Below are positions 49,401-59,055 of a DNA stretch of 64,000 nt, in pieces. The position numbers and the translations under genes were made by a program. Where the stretch lies: positions 4,032,001-4,096,000 of the forward strand of contig CBDCJV010000002.1 of assembly GCA_965217895.1 (NCBI GenBank), in the 5' to 3' direction. Position 1 is the stretch's first letter; each line of letters begins with the position of its first letter. Under the pieces are notes generated by a model. The model was not told the DNA's origin. It made no database searches and worked only from the letters and a program-made list of their open reading frames with translations. This DNA comes from Waterburya sp. (GTDB lineage Bacteria > Cyanobacteriota > Cyanobacteriia > Cyanobacteriales > Xenococcaceae).

Positions 49401-49464
49401 TGGGCTTTTCCCTTTTTTCCTTACCCAGCCTCAACAGATTAGTTTGTTTCTTAGGAGGAGTTAG

Positions 49465-50532
49465 TTAAATTTCCTCCCAACCACCAACTCCGCTTGACAT
49501 GACATAGCTAGTTACCCCAGCCTCAAAGAAATTAGCTTTAGTATGACCTTCTTTTTTGGTATCAGAGAATCTTTCGAGATGTCGGTAAGGACTTTTCTTG
49601 TATTGTTCATCGACATATAAAGGTTCTAAGCCAATCGATCGCAGACGCATATTAGCCATATACTTAGTGTATTGTTCGGTACTGGCTTCTGTAATGCCTA
49701 AAACGCTATCGCCGACTATATGGTTCGTCCAGAGACATTCATGCTGTACTGCCGTGTCAAACATTTCGTAGATTTGCTCTACAGAATGAGGAAATAACTG
49801 CATCGCTTCAGGAAGTAGTTTTTGATATAGTCGAACATGAGAAAGTTCATCACGATTAATCATTTTAAAAATGTCAGCACTTCCTGGCATTAACATCCGT
49901 GAAGCCAGATTATAAAAGTAAATAAAACCATTATAAAAATAAATTCCCTCTAACAGATAATCGGCTAACAGCGAAACAAAATAGTTTTCTGGGGTAGGAT
50001 TATCAATATATTTTTGATAAATAGAGGCGATAAATTCACAACGGTCTGATAATATTTTGTCCGTGCGCCAAAAATCGTATACGGTGCTACGGCGATCGCC
50101 AGGAATTACGGTTTCAATAATATATTGATAGCTTTGATTGTGCATTCCCTCTTGGGCTATTTGTTCTGCCATGCAGATGCTTACTTCTGGTGCAGTAACG
50201 CAACTTTTAATGTGAGGAATATTACAGGTTTGAACTGAATCTAAAAAGGTTAAATAGCTTAAAATACCGTCATAAGCACGACGTTCTTCGCCAGTTAGAT
50301 TCCAGTAGTCGGTTACATCTTGAGTAAGATCGAGTTTTTGGGGAATCCAAAAGTTCTCTCGCATCTGTTGATACAAACCAATTGCCCAAGAATAACGTAC
50401 ATCATTTAGCTGCATTAAGTTAGTAGTATTACCAAACCAAATAGAGCGATTTTCTACCTTGTCATCTCCACTCTTATTGAAAATGCGGTTGGACGACATT
50501 ACATCTTGAGGATTCGTTAAAAATGAAGTCAT
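49465..50532 (-). CDS. nrdB: Class I ribonucleotide reductase beta subunit
   Basis: FWIPQ, FLDSVQ, QEGMHNQSY (E, H and radical Tyr), LEGIYFYNGF, RDELSH, NFFE...Y. Confidence 0.95.
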   Translation of the reverse strand: MTSFLTNPQDVMSSNRIFNKSGDDKVENRSIWFGNTTNLMQLNDVRYSWAIGLYQQMRENFWIPQKLDLTQDVTDYWNLTGEERRAYDGILSYLTFLDSVQTCNIPHIKSCVTAPEVSICMAEQIAQEGMHNQSYQYIIETVIPGDRRSTVYDFWRTDKILSDRCEFIASIYQKYIDNPTPENYFVSLLADYLLEGIYFYNGFIYFYNLASRMLMPGSADIFKMINRDELSHVRLYQKLLPEAMQLFPHSVEQIYEMFDTAVQHECLWTNHIVGDSVLGITEASTEQYTKYMANMRLRSIGLEPLYVDEQYKKSPYRHLERFSDTKKEGHTKANFFEAGVTSYVMSSGVGGWEEI

Positions 50533-50552
50533 AAAATTTTATCTAAAGCTTA

Positions 50553-50568
50553 ACGCTATATACGGTGC
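50553..50568. promoter_or_regulatory. Candidate NrdR box
   Basis: ACGCTATATACGGTGC, 12/16 match to consensus ACACWATATATWGTGT, 21-36 bp upstream of nrdB. Confidence 0.5.
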
Positions 50569-50677
50569 TATAGCCTAACAAAATTTATCGTAAAACACTA
50601 GTATTTCTAATAGTAAATTAAATATCAGAATATTTGTACTAAATTTAAGATAGAGTATATCTGTAATCTTAAATTTT

Positions 50678-51370
50678 ATGAAAGCATCTAGATCCTATCC
50701 ATTTTGGCAGCGCGTAATATTTTGGAGTGCTGGCGGTATTAATCTAGCCATTTTACTTATTTTATTGACTATTTGGCGTACAGGCGATCGCGCCTTAAAC
50801 TTTATTGGCAATATGTTTAAATTTCAGCCAGTTCAGCCTAGGATTGAAAGCTCAAGTACAGTTGTACAGCAGATTAGGAATATTCAAGAGTTAACCACTA
50901 CTGTACAAACAATGGAAACTATTATGCCAGCTACCGCCGAGCGCAAATTAGGAGAAATTTCCTTGGCGACAACTCGCTTACTATATATCGCCAGAGGAGA
51001 AATTAGAGCGGGAGTAGATTTAAGCAAGCTTACGGATAGCAATATTAAAATTAGCGATAATGCTATTGAGATCGATTTACCGCCAGCCAAAATATTAGAT
51101 AGCAAAATCGACGTAAATAACTCTCGCGTCTACGATTATGATCGCGGATTTCTTAATTTAGGTCCTGATGTTGCCCCCCAGCTACAAACACTGGCGCAAA
51201 GAAAAACTTTGACAGAAATTGTTGACACTGCCTGTAATGAAGGAATTTTAAATCGGGCTAATGAGCGGGCAAAAACTAGCATTACTCAACTTTTAGGCAG
51301 TACTAATAGTTATCAAAAAGTAAAGGTAAATACGACACTGCCTGATTCCTGTGGAACAGTTAATAGGTAA
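50678..51370 (+). CDS. DUF4230 domain protein
   Basis: N-terminal TM; ELTT, LLYIARGEIRAGVDL, LPPAKI, AC.EGIL..A. Confidence 0.88.
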   Translation: MKASRSYPFWQRVIFWSAGGINLAILLILLTIWRTGDRALNFIGNMFKFQPVQPRIESSSTVVQQIRNIQELTTTVQTMETIMPATAERKLGEISLATTRLLYIARGEIRAGVDLSKLTDSNIKISDNAIEIDLPPAKILDSKIDVNNSRVYDYDRGFLNLGPDVAPQLQTLAQRKTLTEIVDTACNEGILNRANERAKTSITQLLGSTNSYQKVKVNTTLPDSCGTVNR

Positions 51371-51432
51371 GCTAGTTGTTAACAAATTAAAACAACTATC
51401 AGCTTAATTCTTAAACAAGAATTAGAATGGGC

Positions 51433-52506
51433 TTAATCGTCCATTTGCCAAGGTTGAGTAAGATTGCCTTCATCAAGTATCTTCTTAGGACGCAAAATCA
51501 GTACTAGTTGACCAACAATTGTTACATTTGGTTCAGTTTCAAACCAACGTACCTCTAATTTTCCTTCTATTTTGGCTACAAAATAGCTGCCAACATTCCA
51601 GGTTTTATTGGTTCGATCTAAAATGACCAAAACTTCTTCGATATTGCCACCAAGATATTTAGGCAGGAGGTTGCTTGGACATAAATAGGCTACAGGATCG
51701 TCTGCTTTGAGAACCGTTTGCCAACCAGGAACAGGTATATAAGTACCGCCCCTAGCTTGTATGTTGCCAAAAGGCTGTTTGATTTCTACTTTGTCTATTG
51801 CCTGTATTTCTTGATCGCCAAGGGGATATGAACCAGCCAAAGGCACAATGCGGGGCAACTCTTCTTCTAATTCTAAGCGATATAAGGGTAACAACGGTGC
51901 AGTGGCACTTTTGACTACGGTAAAGTCACTGAGAAGCTTGGTAATTTCGTCTCTAGCCGTATCTGAATGGGCGAATTTCAATCCTTGAGCAATTAAACGC
52001 GATCGCTCTTGAAGATCTTTTTTGCTTTTGGCTCTTTTCCAAGATATGTATGCTACCCAATCTCCAGGATGATTAGTAAAGGCTTCTGGTAGTTGAGACA
52101 TCCGTGACACGTCCTGCACCGCTTTGGCTACTATATGCGCCCCGTCTATATCAAGGCGTTTTTCATAAGCAAGCAGGCTAGCATCAACTCGCTGTTTCTG
52201 GTTTAATACCCGAAACTCATATAATACATCGCTGCGAGGCCCTCTAAAGTATTCTAATACTTCTGGTGTAACACCACCTTTGACTAAATTATCAAAAACT
52301 TGAGCAGCCACAATGACTAAATTTTGCTGACTATTTTGAAATCCAGTCTCTTCAAAGATTTTCTGGCTACTATATCCAGCTTTTTGTAACTTTTGGCAAA
52401 TTTGCCCCCACTCTACCCAAGTACCTTCCTTGTGTAAGAGCGATCGCATTAATTCTTGTCCTTCTGCTGCCGATATTTGAGTTTGACTATCTGGAATATT
52501 ATTCAT
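51433..52506 (-). CDS. raf1: RuBisCO accumulation factor 1
   Basis: KEGTWVEWG, IFEETGF...QQN..IVAAQV, SDVLYEFR.L, ILRPKKILDE, C-terminal WQMDD. Confidence 0.93.
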   Translation of the reverse strand: MNNIPDSQTQISAAEGQELMRSLLHKEGTWVEWGQICQKLQKAGYSSQKIFEETGFQNSQQNLVIVAAQVFDNLVKGGVTPEVLEYFRGPRSDVLYEFRVLNQKQRVDASLLAYEKRLDIDGAHIVAKAVQDVSRMSQLPEAFTNHPGDWVAYISWKRAKSKKDLQERSRLIAQGLKFAHSDTARDEITKLLSDFTVVKSATAPLLPLYRLELEEELPRIVPLAGSYPLGDQEIQAIDKVEIKQPFGNIQARGGTYIPVPGWQTVLKADDPVAYLCPSNLLPKYLGGNIEEVLVILDRTNKTWNVGSYFVAKIEGKLEVRWFETEPNVTIVGQLVLILRPKKILDEGNLTQPWQMDD

Positions 52507-52540
52507 AGCTTTTAAGTTTACTCTTTCCTAACGTCAGTAA

Positions 52541-53284
52541 TTAAGCTACACCAGGAAAACGACGATATTTGAGCAAGAAACCCGCAATCATTAGCAAAAT
52601 GATAATTGCTGTACCGATACCAATGGGGCTAGGTAGCCAAAATACGGCTTTAATATGATTTACCTCTCCTGGATGGAGTTGCCAAACTAAACCTTTTTTA
52701 AGAGCATTTTTGGTTGGCTGAAGGTTATCTGTATTGGAGATGCTGTGAGCAATCCAAGGCGTATTTAATTGAAACTTCAAGTCAGCCAGAGAATCTCGAT
52801 CAATGACGATATTTTCTTGTCTACTGAGAATTCCTAACGCTCTCAAGTCTATAGTCAGATCGATGCTGTTACGTTCGACAAAAATCAGATTGCTTTGATG
52901 TAAATCTACCTGAGAATTAAGCTCAATCAACTCAACTTTATCTTGAGGGATAGTCGCATTGGGAACAATAGCAGTTTGAAAAAGCTGGTTAAATTTTTGT
53001 GCCAATTCTGCACCGTTACCAAAGGGAATGGTTAGCAAAAGTTCTTGAGAATTAAGCTTTTTGACGCTTCCTTTGAACTGGCGCGATCGCTTTTCTAGAC
53101 TATTCAACCATTGTCTAGTATCCCCTGGTGCAAGGCTGGTTAGCTTATCATCAACTTTAATATGCTGCGTAATCTCGCCACTATAGGGAGTCTTAAAATT
53201 TACTCCCACTTCGTAATCAACACAGCCAGTCAACAAGGTTGTCAAACACAAAATCGGCAACAAAAATCTTAAAAAACTGTTCAT
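52541..53284 (-). CDS. DUF3153-like lipoprotein with C-terminal TM anchor
   Basis: Lipobox LLTGC, IPFGNG.EL, W.L.PG..N.I.A.FWLPSPIG. Confidence 0.8.
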   Translation of the reverse strand: MNSFLRFLLPILCLTTLLTGCVDYEVGVNFKTPYSGEITQHIKVDDKLTSLAPGDTRQWLNSLEKRSRQFKGSVKKLNSQELLLTIPFGNGAELAQKFNQLFQTAIVPNATIPQDKVELIELNSQVDLHQSNLIFVERNSIDLTIDLRALGILSRQENIVIDRDSLADLKFQLNTPWIAHSISNTDNLQPTKNALKKGLVWQLHPGEVNHIKAVFWLPSPIGIGTAIIILLMIAGFLLKYRRFPGVA

Positions 53285-53315
53285 TGTTCATTGTTCATTG
53301 ATAATTGTTCATTGT
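53281..53315. repeat. Heptamer tandem repeat TCATTGT x5 (imperfect) spanning a stop and a start codon
   Basis: tcattgt tcattgt tcattga taattgt tcattgt. Confidence 0.8.
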
Positions 53316-54613
53316 CTAGCTGCCACACCCAACTTGGCAAAAAGAATATGGGGAACATAAGAACTGCTACCTACCCATTCAGGGCGATCGCTCATATCCA
53401 CTACATTATTGAAAGCTTCAAAAATGTTTCCTGCCACCATTGTATCTTTTACCCTACCGACAATTTTTCCCTGTTCGACTTTATAACCTAAATCGATGTT
53501 GACAGAAAATTCTCCTGCCAAAACATTAGATTGTCCTGCACCCAAAACCTGATCGACAATAATACCTTCGTCTATGCCAGCAATAAGCTCATCAACGCTA
53601 GTTTTACCAGGGTCAAGACAAACATTGGCTAGACTGGGGCTAGGACGGGATATCCCACCCCGAAAACCATTTCCACTAGACTGTACACCATGACGGGCAG
53701 CCCAGCGTCTATCCCAGTAAAACTGCTTGACAACACCATTATCAATCAAATGTTTTTTGCTGGTTGCAACTCCTTCATCATCAAACTTACAGGCAGAAAC
53801 TCCAAGGCTAGGATCTTCAAATACATTAATGCGCTCATCAAATATTTTTTCGCCCAGTTTGTCAGTCAAAGGGGAAGCCTTCTGCACTATTGATTGACCA
53901 GAAAAAATTGTGCCAAACATACTGCCCATTGTGCTGCTGGCTGCACTAGGTGTAAACAATACAGGATATGTCCCGCTGGTAATATTTGCTTTGCCTTCTG
54001 CGCGCCGATACTTTTGAATAAGCTTGTGTAAAATTGCTTCATAATCAGGCTGGCGATCGCTGGTTACTTCATAAGCATAAGCCTGTAAAAAGTCCTCGCC
54101 TCTAACTAAATTACCTGAGATAACTGCACTAAGGCTTTGACCATTTTGCTCGGTATAAACATCGGTGGTAGTAGCCAGCTTTTCAACACCAGAGCGACTA
54201 TGGAAGCTGACATCAACCAATATATCTTGGTTATACTGATGAACTTTGCTGATTAAATCTTCGCCTACGTTGACTAGCTTCTCGGTGTTGGGAAATTGAT
54301 AATTATCCTGGGGTTCAACATAATTTACGTCTTCAGTGAAATCAAACTCTACAGGATCGCCAATCTCTGCCGTAGCCACTGCTGCATCTACTAAGTCCGA
54401 CAAACGAGTTAAATCTGTAGAGCTAGCAAAACCCAATTTATTATCGACAATCACTCTCAAGGCAATACCTTCAGATGCTTTAGTCTCCAAGGATTTTAAG
54501 CGATTATTCGCAAACTCAATCGGCGTATCCCGACTAGAAGCATAATAAGCCTCGGCTTTGATACCCTTTTTCTTCGCAAGCTCGATTACCTGCTCAACTA
54601 TCTGATCCTTCAA
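53309..54613 (-). CDS. pmbA: TldD/PmbA family protein (PmbA/TldE type)
   Basis: GIALRV...KLGFASS, FDDEG, SGNGFR, GEFSVN..LGY.VE.G, MVAGN; no HExxH motif. Confidence 0.85.
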   Translation of the reverse strand: MKDQIVEQVIELAKKKGIKAEAYYASSRDTPIEFANNRLKSLETKASEGIALRVIVDNKLGFASSTDLTRLSDLVDAAVATAEIGDPVEFDFTEDVNYVEPQDNYQFPNTEKLVNVGEDLISKVHQYNQDILVDVSFHSRSGVEKLATTTDVYTEQNGQSLSAVISGNLVRGEDFLQAYAYEVTSDRQPDYEAILHKLIQKYRRAEGKANITSGTYPVLFTPSAASSTMGSMFGTIFSGQSIVQKASPLTDKLGEKIFDERINVFEDPSLGVSACKFDDEGVATSKKHLIDNGVVKQFYWDRRWAARHGVQSSGNGFRGGISRPSPSLANVCLDPGKTSVDELIAGIDEGIIVDQVLGAGQSNVLAGEFSVNIDLGYKVEQGKIVGRVKDTMVAGNIFEAFNNVVDMSDRPEWVGSSSYVPHILFAKLGVAARQ

Positions 54614-54680
54614 TGCACTTGCTCCTTTATTTACGATGTTGGTGATTTTGAATGTATAAACCGAAAATAATATTGTTCTT

Positions 54681-54715
54681 AGCTTTCAGCTTTTAGCTCT
54701 TAGCTTTTAGCTTTT
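54681..54715. repeat. Heptamer tandem repeat AGCTTTT x5 (imperfect)
   Basis: Read directly from the sequence. Confidence 0.8.
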
Positions 54716-54831
54716 TTTAACAAGCAGTTAAAAGTTTTTAGTTTTGGCTATCATATCCCGATCCAACAACGTCTTTTTGCGTTTTTCTATTAGAGATTGG
54801 GGACTGGGGATTAAAATAAAAACATTAGATT

Positions 54832-54904
54832 TGCTACTTGCGCGAACGGTCGTTCGCCGCCTTTGCGAAGGAAAGTCGAGACGCGAAGCGCGTCTGCTAC
54901 TTGC
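54832..54904. repeat. 53-bp GC-rich triple-hairpin insert between 10-bp direct repeats
   Basis: TGCTACTTGC at 54832-54841 and 54895-54904 flank GCGAAC-GGTC-GTTCGC, CCTT-TGCG-AAGG and AGACGCG-AAG-CGCGTCT. Confidence 0.65.
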
Positions 54905-54950
54905 TAATTTATTCCTCATCCCTCATCCTTCATAATTCATCCTTTGAAGG

Positions 54951-57209
54951 TTATTCTTCTTCCCAATCAGCATTCTGTGCCTCACTACCACCGCCAACGG
55001 TAACTAGATCGATTTGCTGACGATAGTAGTCTACACTTTTGACTTCTACTTCAACGCGATCGCCTAAACGATATGCCGTCTGATTTTTTCTACCTACCAA
55101 ACAGCTATTACGAGAGCGATATTCATACCAGTCGTCTTTTAAAGAACTAACATGAACTAAACCTTCTACTAGTAAATCTTCGATTTCGACAAAGAAACCA
55201 TAAGACTGTACCCCTGTGATTAAGCCTTCAAAGATTTTACCTGTGCGTTCTTTCATTTGTTCGGCTTTTTTTAGTCCCGCCAGATCTTTTTCTGCATCTT
55301 CTGCCTGCTTTTCGCGGTCATTTAAAAACGGTAGCGTAGTTTGAATATCGATTTCAATCTGCTCTTGAACATTGGGAGGCAATACCTTCCAGTTGATTTG
55401 TCCGTGACAACTGCTGCTAGTCAAGTCTACCCCCTCTTTGGTGCGACTGTGACGGCGATCGCGTCCATGCTCAAATACTGCCTTCAAAATCCGCTGAATG
55501 ATTAGATCGACGTATCTCTGACCAGGTGAGATGCAGTGAGTATAACCATCTTCATAAGCCAAGCCAAAGTGTTTTCCAGGTTTAGTCAGATACTTGACTG
55601 GTTTGAAGGTGGTTTGCAACAGATAATTCAATACCATTATTGCTGACGAAGTATTAAACTGCTCCGTAAGTCTTTGATAGTCTTGGGGCGTAACGGTTTC
55701 TTCAACGCTAAGATCTAGGTCTAAGCCCAGGTTATTACCCAGCTTGATTAAATCTTCTAATTCTTCTACATCTGGCTCTGCCTGAGTACAGTAAACTCCT
55801 GGTAGTTCTAATGCCTGTAGATGTTCGGCGACTACTTTTCCTGCCAGAATTGTTAATTCTGTGAGCATCGAATGCACGGGTAAGGCAGACACTCCCAAAA
55901 TTGTTCCCATTCTTCCCTCATCTTTGAAAAGACTATGAATTTCTGGTGTGGTTACTTCTAAACCTCCCCTCTGCAAACGTTGAGCTTTAACTAATGGACT
56001 TAAGGTAAAAAACAAATCTGATAACATCGGCACAAGAGATGCTAGCTTTTTGTCTGGTTTTGACTCGCCACTGATTAATTCTTGAGTTTCTTGATAGGTA
56101 AGCTGATGATCTACAGAAATTACGGTCGGCGCAATTTGATATTCAACAATATTGCCTTGGGCATCTAGAGTAATCATTACCGAAATTGCCAGACGATTTT
56201 TGCCTGGAATTAAAGAGCAAAGCTTACTAACTTTTTCAGGAAACAAAGGCAAAACTTGCTTGCGAAGATTCACGGCAATACCGCGTTTTCTGGCAATACG
56301 ATCTAAGATCGTATCTTGTTCTATGTAGTGAGCTACATCAGCAATGTGGATTCCTAGCTGCCAGTTGTCGGCTGCGGTTTTTTCTAAGGTAAAAGCATTT
56401 TCAATCCAGTCACTATTTGCCAGATTAGATTCAGATTCAATGGTAAAAGTTAGCTTGTTTTTTAAATCCAAACGACTTTTGCTTTCGGCTGCGGGTATAC
56501 GCGCACTTGGTAATTTAGCAGTAGCAGCGATCGCTTTTTCAGGAAAATCTTGAGGTAAATCGTGTTTACAAGAAACAATATCTATATCGGCAGCTTCCTC
56601 CGCATCACTGCCCAACACTTTAGTTACCTGACCTAATGGGGGATGTTGCCCTAGAGGATAGCGCAGGACTGAAACGTGAACTAGGTGTTCTATAGCTGCC
56701 TGGAGGTCTTTGCCGTTGTCTTTGAGGTCAAGTTCAAACAATAAGCGGTCATCAAGGGGTATGGCTCGATATTTCTCTTCTTTTGCCGTAACCGTGGCTA
56801 ATAATGAAGGATTAGACCGTTCTAAAATTAACTTAACTTCACCTTCAGGAGAGCGACGACGACTGCCTTCTTTAATAATTTTGACAAAAACGCGATCTCC
56901 ATTCCAGGCATTGCTTAAGTGGCTTTCTCGCACATAAATGTCATCGGCATTTTCTTCATCTTGGATGGCAAAGCAAAATCCTTTGCTAGAACATCTTAAT
57001 TTTGCTTCAACTACGCCATCTTCATACAGACGACGATATTTGCCTCTTTCTTTGGTCAAAACGTTAATTTTTTCTAAAGCATCAAGAGCTATCTGAAGCT
57101 TTTGAACCCCCTCCTTATCTTCACAACCAAGTTTTTTTTCTATATTTTTGCCCGCGACTAATTTATCATCAACGAACTGAGCTAATAATGTAGCGATTGA
57201 AAATTCCAT
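54951..57209 (-). CDS. zam: RNase II/R family protein, cyanobacterial Zam type
   Basis: MEFSIATLL N-terminus, cold-shock domains (KGFCFA, AWNGDRV), RNB domain (HIADV, HFGLA...YTH..SP..RY.D), S1 domain; catalytic acidic motif degenerate. Confidence 0.85.
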   Translation of the reverse strand: MEFSIATLLAQFVDDKLVAGKNIEKKLGCEDKEGVQKLQIALDALEKINVLTKERGKYRRLYEDGVVEAKLRCSSKGFCFAIQDEENADDIYVRESHLSNAWNGDRVFVKIIKEGSRRRSPEGEVKLILERSNPSLLATVTAKEEKYRAIPLDDRLLFELDLKDNGKDLQAAIEHLVHVSVLRYPLGQHPPLGQVTKVLGSDAEEAADIDIVSCKHDLPQDFPEKAIAATAKLPSARIPAAESKSRLDLKNKLTFTIESESNLANSDWIENAFTLEKTAADNWQLGIHIADVAHYIEQDTILDRIARKRGIAVNLRKQVLPLFPEKVSKLCSLIPGKNRLAISVMITLDAQGNIVEYQIAPTVISVDHQLTYQETQELISGESKPDKKLASLVPMLSDLFFTLSPLVKAQRLQRGGLEVTTPEIHSLFKDEGRMGTILGVSALPVHSMLTELTILAGKVVAEHLQALELPGVYCTQAEPDVEELEDLIKLGNNLGLDLDLSVEETVTPQDYQRLTEQFNTSSAIMVLNYLLQTTFKPVKYLTKPGKHFGLAYEDGYTHCISPGQRYVDLIIQRILKAVFEHGRDRRHSRTKEGVDLTSSSCHGQINWKVLPPNVQEQIEIDIQTTLPFLNDREKQAEDAEKDLAGLKKAEQMKERTGKIFEGLITGVQSYGFFVEIEDLLVEGLVHVSSLKDDWYEYRSRNSCLVGRKNQTAYRLGDRVEVEVKSVDYYRQQIDLVTVGGGSEAQNADWEEE

Positions 57210-57720
57210 CTAAAAATTATCCTTATCCAATAGTAATTTAGTAACTACAAAAGCGAAGATGACTATATTAACTCGTACTCTATGGTTTATACCTCATGCC
57301 AGGCTTTTCTGAGACGGAAACTACCTGTTTCGCGGTTGGGATTTCCCTGAAAAGGGAATCTCTCTTTACACACACAGCAGAGGTTAAGATAACGAAATGT
57401 AGGTCGTTGGGCTGTTGCTCTGCATTTTTATAGAGTTTGAGAGAGTTATCGGCTAATAGTCTCCTCACTTAAAGAATGGCTTTAAAAGTTATAGTGAGAT
57501 TTATTATCTACCCAATTTACACTTTTTACACCTAGTAGTTTTAGCTTGCGATCGCCAACAAATTAATCATAATATGAATCTCAATCACAAAAACTACAAT
57601 TTGACCTGTAGCCAATTCGGTATCTATTGTAAATTCTCAATACTTATTGGCAAATTTCTTTTTTCTGTCGGCAATAAGTAGTAAATTAATACTAACAAAT
57701 TAAAGATAAATTTTAAGGAT

Positions 57721-58533
57721 ATGATGCTAACTAAATTTCGCGAACAATATCCTCAAGGAAGTTTGGTCAGTGAATTGGTAAAAATAGACCGAGGAATCTA
57801 CATTGTCAGAGCTTCAGTTCAGATAGACAGTACTGTTTTAGCTACTGGTTTGGCAGCAGCGGACAAAATCGAAGTGGCAGAAGATAAAGCCAGGGAAAGA
57901 GCGATCGCCGCATTGGCTCTAGATCTGCATCAAACCTCTTCTAATCTGAAAACAGAAAAATCAGTCATCAACTCAACCTTGCCAGACTCTATAATACCTA
58001 ATGACCCCGAGCAGATAGCTCCAGCTTTAGTAAATAAAACAAGCAACATTAGTAATATTAACGATAGCACTAAAACTTTATCGACATTAGAAGCTATTGG
58101 GCTTAAAACCTCTACGGCAAAAACCGAACCAGCTATAGTTTCTCAACCGCCGACACCAGAACCTTCGGTCGAACCTGAAAATGTAGAAGTTAACTCAAAT
58201 CCTGAGCCAGTAATTAATTCTAGTAATTTATTCGAGGGAACGTCTGCCAAGGAGCAATACAGTAATCCTCTAGCTGAAAATAATAATATCGTTTCTCAAC
58301 TGCCAGATTCTAATGATAGCCAAAATATAGAGTCTGAAACAACAGAAACTATTGACTTTAATGAAATTAAGCAAAAAACTGATATTGAAATAAAAAGGTT
58401 AGGCTGGACAAAAGACGACGGACGAGAATTTTTAAAAACTCGCTATGGTAAGCGCAGTCGTCTTCACTTGACTGATGAGCAGCTATTAGAATTTCTGCGT
58501 TACCTAGAAAAAGAACCAACACCAGTAAAATAA
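57721..58533 (+). CDS. Hypothetical protein with two domains joined by a disordered linker
   Basis: FR..YP.GSL.SEL...AE..ARERA N-domain; LGWT...GR.FL..RYGKRSR..LTDE.LLEFL.YL C-domain. Confidence 0.8.
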   Translation: MMLTKFREQYPQGSLVSELVKIDRGIYIVRASVQIDSTVLATGLAAADKIEVAEDKARERAIAALALDLHQTSSNLKTEKSVINSTLPDSIIPNDPEQIAPALVNKTSNISNINDSTKTLSTLEAIGLKTSTAKTEPAIVSQPPTPEPSVEPENVEVNSNPEPVINSSNLFEGTSAKEQYSNPLAENNNIVSQLPDSNDSQNIESETTETIDFNEIKQKTDIEIKRLGWTKDDGREFLKTRYGKRSRLHLTDEQLLEFLRYLEKEPTPVK

Positions 58534-58666
58534 ACCCAGAAATTATCTAAGATTTGTTACTATCAGATACCGAACACAAGTTAACCCTTGTATCATCGTG
58601 TCAAAATAACAATAATAAAGATAGTAAAGTCCACTAAAATAGGAGTTACTCACAGAGGAAAAACTC

Positions 58667-58978
58667 ATGTTACACCGCAAGATTTATCAACTCTGTCAAG
58701 ATGGTCGTGAAGTCTGTATTTTCTTGCGGGATCAGCAACGCTGGATTGAAGGCGGATGTATTGTTGATTTCGAGGGAGATATTGTGACGATTCGCTATGA
58801 GACAGAAGAAGAAGACGAGATTAGCTCTTGGGAAGAAATGGTGCGCCTAGAAAGTATTGGTGCTGTTACCCAAAAACTGGCTTCGGTATCCAAAACCAAC
58901 AGCGAAATTATAGTTTCCGATGACTGTCCTGAAGCAGAGCAAATCCATCCTCCCTCACCAGAACATAATCAAGATTAA
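58667..58978 (+). CDS. DUF6679-like small acidic protein
   Basis: MLHRKIYQLC.DGREVCIFLRDQQRWIE...WEEMVRLESIGAV; GAGG ribosome-binding site upstream. Confidence 0.8.
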   Translation: MLHRKIYQLCQDGREVCIFLRDQQRWIEGGCIVDFEGDIVTIRYETEEEDEISSWEEMVRLESIGAVTQKLASVSKTNSEIIVSDDCPEAEQIHPPSPEHNQD

Positions 58979-59020
58979 CTGTTTCATGATTTAGTTATGG
59001 CAGTTAAAACAACTTTATTA

Positions 59021-59055
59021 AACTACAAACTACAAACGACGAACTACAAACTAAA
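59021..59055. repeat. Heptamer tandem repeat AACTACA x5 (imperfect)
   Basis: Read directly from the sequence, between convergent genes. Confidence 0.8.

Noticed and set aside
49465..50532. nrdB without adjacent nrdA as a possible atypical or metal-free R2
   Set aside because: All metal ligands and the radical Tyr are present, and separated nrdA/nrdB genes are known in cyanobacteria
54728..55020. Three overlapping 60-63 aa ORFs
   Set aside because: They arise from heptamer arrays and the GC-rich insert
57280..57468. 62-aa ORF upstream of zam
   Set aside because: No motif or clear ribosome-binding site; the region looks more like structured RNA, though a leader peptide is not excluded
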